Shown here: positions 61,792-64,000 of the stretch, in pieces | Layout: each line of letters starts with the position of its first letter | Position numbering within the stretch: the first letter of the stretch is position 1 | Assembly: GCA_964523615.1 (NCBI GenBank) | Contig: CAZFZU010000003.1 | Span: forward strand, 5,659 to 69,658 | Length of the DNA stretch: 64,000 bases | Reading direction: 5' to 3' | Source of the DNA: an uncultured Eubacteriales bacterium | GTDB lineage: Bacteria; Acidobacteriota; Aminicenantia; Aminicenantales; Saccharicenantaceae | Position numbers and translations under genes: made by a program | Notes under the pieces: model-generated | What the model was told of the DNA's origin: nothing | Database searches by the model: none | What the model saw: the letters and a program-made list of their open reading frames with translations, nothing else

Positions 61792-62403
61792 CTAAATAGC
61801 TCCGATCCTCCTAAGGAAATCCTCGCTCCCCAGCGGCGTCAGCCGGGCGGTATGTTCCCTGAACAACTTCGCCTCTGATTCGACGAGGCCTTCCTTGAGA
61901 TAAGCCGCCCATTCCCGGCCGCTCATCCCGAGGGGATTCCTCCCGAGCATCGGATCGGGCGCGCCGAGCACATGGGCCCTGGCGCTCGACCAGCGATACT
62001 CCGCGGGATCCTCGACAAGACTGGCCCTGACCGGGTTGAGTTCGTCGTAACGCATGGCCCGGTAGAGGTAGGGGTCGTCCATCGGGAACGAGCCGAACCG
62101 GCCTTGCCAGAGAAAACCGCGCCAACCTTCTCTCTCGTTGATGATCCTCGTGTAGGCTTTATGGGTTTCGCCGAACGTCACGGCGAGGCTGTCTTCCCGC
62201 TTCGGGACGGCGACATGATGGACGTGATTGTCCATGAGGCAATAGGCCCAAAGGACGAGCCCCGTCTTGTCCGCCCATTTCGAGAGAAGGCGAAGATAAA
62301 GCGTTTTGTCGTCGTCAGAGAAGAAGACAGCCTGGCGGCGGTTACCGCGTTGGGTGATGTGATGGGGGACGCCGGGGTAGACGATGCGGGCGAAACGAGG
62401 CAT
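61792..62403 (-). CDS. REP-associated tyrosine transposase (RAYT; IS200/IS605-like HuH transposase)
   Basis: 203 aa. HuH motif (CLMDNHVHHVAV). Catalytic Tyr region (YRWSS). Flanked on both sides by REP arrays. Confidence 0.8.
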   Translation of the reverse strand: MPRFARIVYPGVPHHITQRGNRRQAVFFSDDDKTLYLRLLSKWADKTGLVLWAYCLMDNHVHHVAVPKREDSLAVTFGETHKAYTRIINEREGWRGFLWQGRFGSFPMDDPYLYRAMRYDELNPVRASLVEDPAEYRWSSARAHVLGAPDPMLGRNPLGMSGREWAAYLKEGLVESEAKLFREHTARLTPLGSEDFLRRIGAI

Positions 62404-62413
62404 GTTCCGGAGG

Positions 62414-62614
62414 GGGACATGTACCCTTGGTACGTGTCCCCGTTCTTCCTTTCTTCAGCTTGGGGACACGTACGAAGCGTACATGTCCCCTTCGTTCCTT
62501 TCGTCCTAACGGACGCTCCAGCCAAGAGATATGTCTCACTCAGGATGGGGACACGTACGAAGCGTACATGTCCCCCAGCCAAGATGGGGACACGTACCAA
62601 AGGTACATGTCCCC
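62414..62614. repeat. REP cluster at the 5' side of the RAYT gene: four hairpin REPs in alternating orientation
   Basis: 62414-62441, 62462-62490, 62547-62576 and 62586-62614. The first has ACATGTACC...GGTACGTGT polarity. The other three are its reverse complement (ACACGTAC...GTACATGT). Short AGCCAAGAT / AGCTTGGGG flanks recur. Confidence 0.8.
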
Positions 62615-62684
62615 GGTCATACCCCGGTCACTCTCGCCCCACTTCCCCCTTTTCTTACGGCCCTTGCGGTGGTATAGAAAGGGG

Positions 62685-64000
62685 CATGAACCTCCACCCC
62701 CTGGACCTGGGCATCATCGCCGTTTATCTGGCCGCCGTGGCCATGGTCGGCGTCCTCGTCCGCCGGCGGGCGACCAAGAAGCTCGACTCGTTCTACCTGG
62801 CCGACCGCAACGTCCCCTGGTGGATGCTGGGGCTGTCGGGATGCTCGAGCTACATCGACATCGGCGGGACGATGTCGCTCATCGGCCTGCTCTTCTACGT
62901 CGGGCTGAAATCGATGTGGGCCACCCACATCTTCTGGGGCTGGTTCATCATCTGCTTCTACATGGCCTTCCAGGCCAAGTACATTCGCCGTTCCGGGGTC
63001 ATGACCTTCGCCGAGTGGAACGAGACCCGCTTCGGGACGGGCAAGGACGCCGAGGCGGCCCGGCTGGCGGCGGCCATCTTCCTGCTGGTGCTGATGATCT
63101 GCAACCTCATGTTCATCAGCGTCGGCACGGGCAAGTTCGCCGAGGAGTTCCTGCCCCTGCCGCGCTGGGAAGCGACGCTCATCGTCCTGGCCGTCGTCGG
63201 GGTGTACGTGACCCTCGGGGGCTTCTTCGGGGTCATCCTGACCGACGTCCTGCAGACCCTCCTCATCGGCGTCGGGGCGGTCATCCTGGCGGTCATGGTC
63301 TTCGCCAAGCCGGTCGCGACGGCCTTCATCCACAAGGCTCCCGGCTGGTTCAGCCTGGCGCCGACGTGGACGCTATGGTCGGGGTTCGCGTCCGGGACCT
63401 CGCCGGCGTATCAGCATTTCGGCCTGTTCGGCCCGCTCATGGCCGCGGGCTTCCTGTGGATGGTCTTCCGCCTCCTCAGCGGGCCCAACGTCTGGGACTT
63501 CCAGTTCTTCCTGACGACCAAGTCGCCGCGCGACGCCCAGATGGCGGCCGGGATGTGGACGGTCGGCTACAACCTGCGCTGGGTCATCGGCGTGGCCTTC
63601 ATGGTCCTGGGCATCTTCTACCTGGGCTCGGAGGCGTCCTTCGACGCCGAGAAGATCATGCCCCTCGTCCTGCTCAAGATGCCGGTCGGCCTGCGCGGCC
63701 TGTTCATGGCCGTGCTCCTGGCGGCCCTGATGTCGACGATCAGCGCCATGATCAACGTCACCAGCTCGGTCGTCATCAACGACTTCGTCAAGCGCTACGT
63801 CGCCAAGGACCTGAGCCAGAGGACGCTCGTGCGGCTGGGCCAGCTGGCCTCGGTCGTGGCCGTCCTGGTCGGCTTCGTCTTCTCGCTGTCCTTCGTCAAC
63901 ATCGTCACGGCCTGGGAGATGATGGTCTTCGTCGTGGTCACGGTCATCCTGGTGCCGGCGACGCTGCGCTGGCACTACTGGCGGTTCGGGGCCCGGGCCT
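62685..64000 (+). CDS. sodium:solute symporter (SSS) family transporter, 5' portion (runs off the right window edge)
   Basis: ATG at ~62685. Translation MNLHPLDLGIIAVYLAAVAMVGVLVRRRATKKLDSFYLADRNVPWW... is a typical SSS N-terminus and hydrophobic throughout. Missing from the ORF track because no stop lies in the window. Confidence 0.7.

Larger units (their letters stand above)
61695..62614. mobile_element. REP-RAYT locus (REPtron-like): a domesticated HuH transposase with its cognate REP/BIME arrays
   Basis: The combination of the two REP clusters and the RAYT CDS. Further REP copies are dispersed at 38120, 55133/55235, 50462 (degenerate) and 37366 (degenerate). Confidence 0.6.

Noticed and set aside
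62414-62614. Possible CRISPR array (regularly spaced ~29-bp repeats)
   Set aside because: Repeats are palindromic hairpins in alternating orientation with irregular, very short spacers (10-56 bp). There are no cas genes, and an HuH RAYT transposase is adjacent. These are REP/BIME elements, not CRISPR.

Overview
This is a high-GC (about 70%) bacterial chromosomal window. I infer an Acidobacteria-like origin from protein-family content alone: a TonB-dependent receptor with a carboxypeptidase-regulatory-like N-terminus, three VWA proteins of the 'VWFA-related Acidobacterial domain' type, two DUF5916/CBM9-like proteins, and a GWxTD-type protein. No tool or database search was run, and every family assignment below is from memory.

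Reading 5' to 3':
- Glycan-degradation genes: a GH20-like hexosaminidase and a large secreted hydrolase-like protein.
- fadD-like acyl-CoA ligase, tyrS, a parvulin PPIase, an OMP beta-barrel protein, and a TonB-dependent receptor behind an unusual AT-rich upstream island.
- A divergently transcribed locus: two tandem VWA paralogs on one side; GWxTD gene, pgsB, pgsC and a third membrane protein on the other. This is a poly-gamma-glutamate-type synthesis cassette with non-Bacillus accessory genes.
- A peptidase-rich stretch (two M28, one M14, one AstE/AspA-like, one M20), including an unusual PTS EIIA(Ntr)-zinc-ribbon fusion gene.
- arfB, then a third VWA gene.
- A long minus-strand Moco/tungstate operon (ABC transporter, moeA, moaC, MOSC, moaA, mogA) preceded by a candidate Moco riboswitch.
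- The conserved ftsH-folP-cdaA-cdaR-glmM cluster and pdxJ.
- A REP-associated tyrosine transposase (RAYT) flanked by arrays of its palindromic REP elements, with further REP copies scattered earlier in the window.
- The 5' end of a sodium:solute symporter gene.

Structurally the most notable features are:
- pgsB has no canonical start codon and lies in frame with the upstream GWxTD gene across a single TAG.
- A second repeat family, an AT-rich roughly 80-bp palindromic element, occurs twice; one copy supplies the C-terminus of a gene.
- The two tandem VWA paralogs share a 98-bp identical 3' segment.
- A REP-like sequence is embedded in a coding region.

I see no CRISPR arrays, rRNA or tRNA genes. 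Many long ORFs on the opposite strand of real genes are GC-driven artefacts. Coordinates I derived by hand may be off by 1-2 nt.
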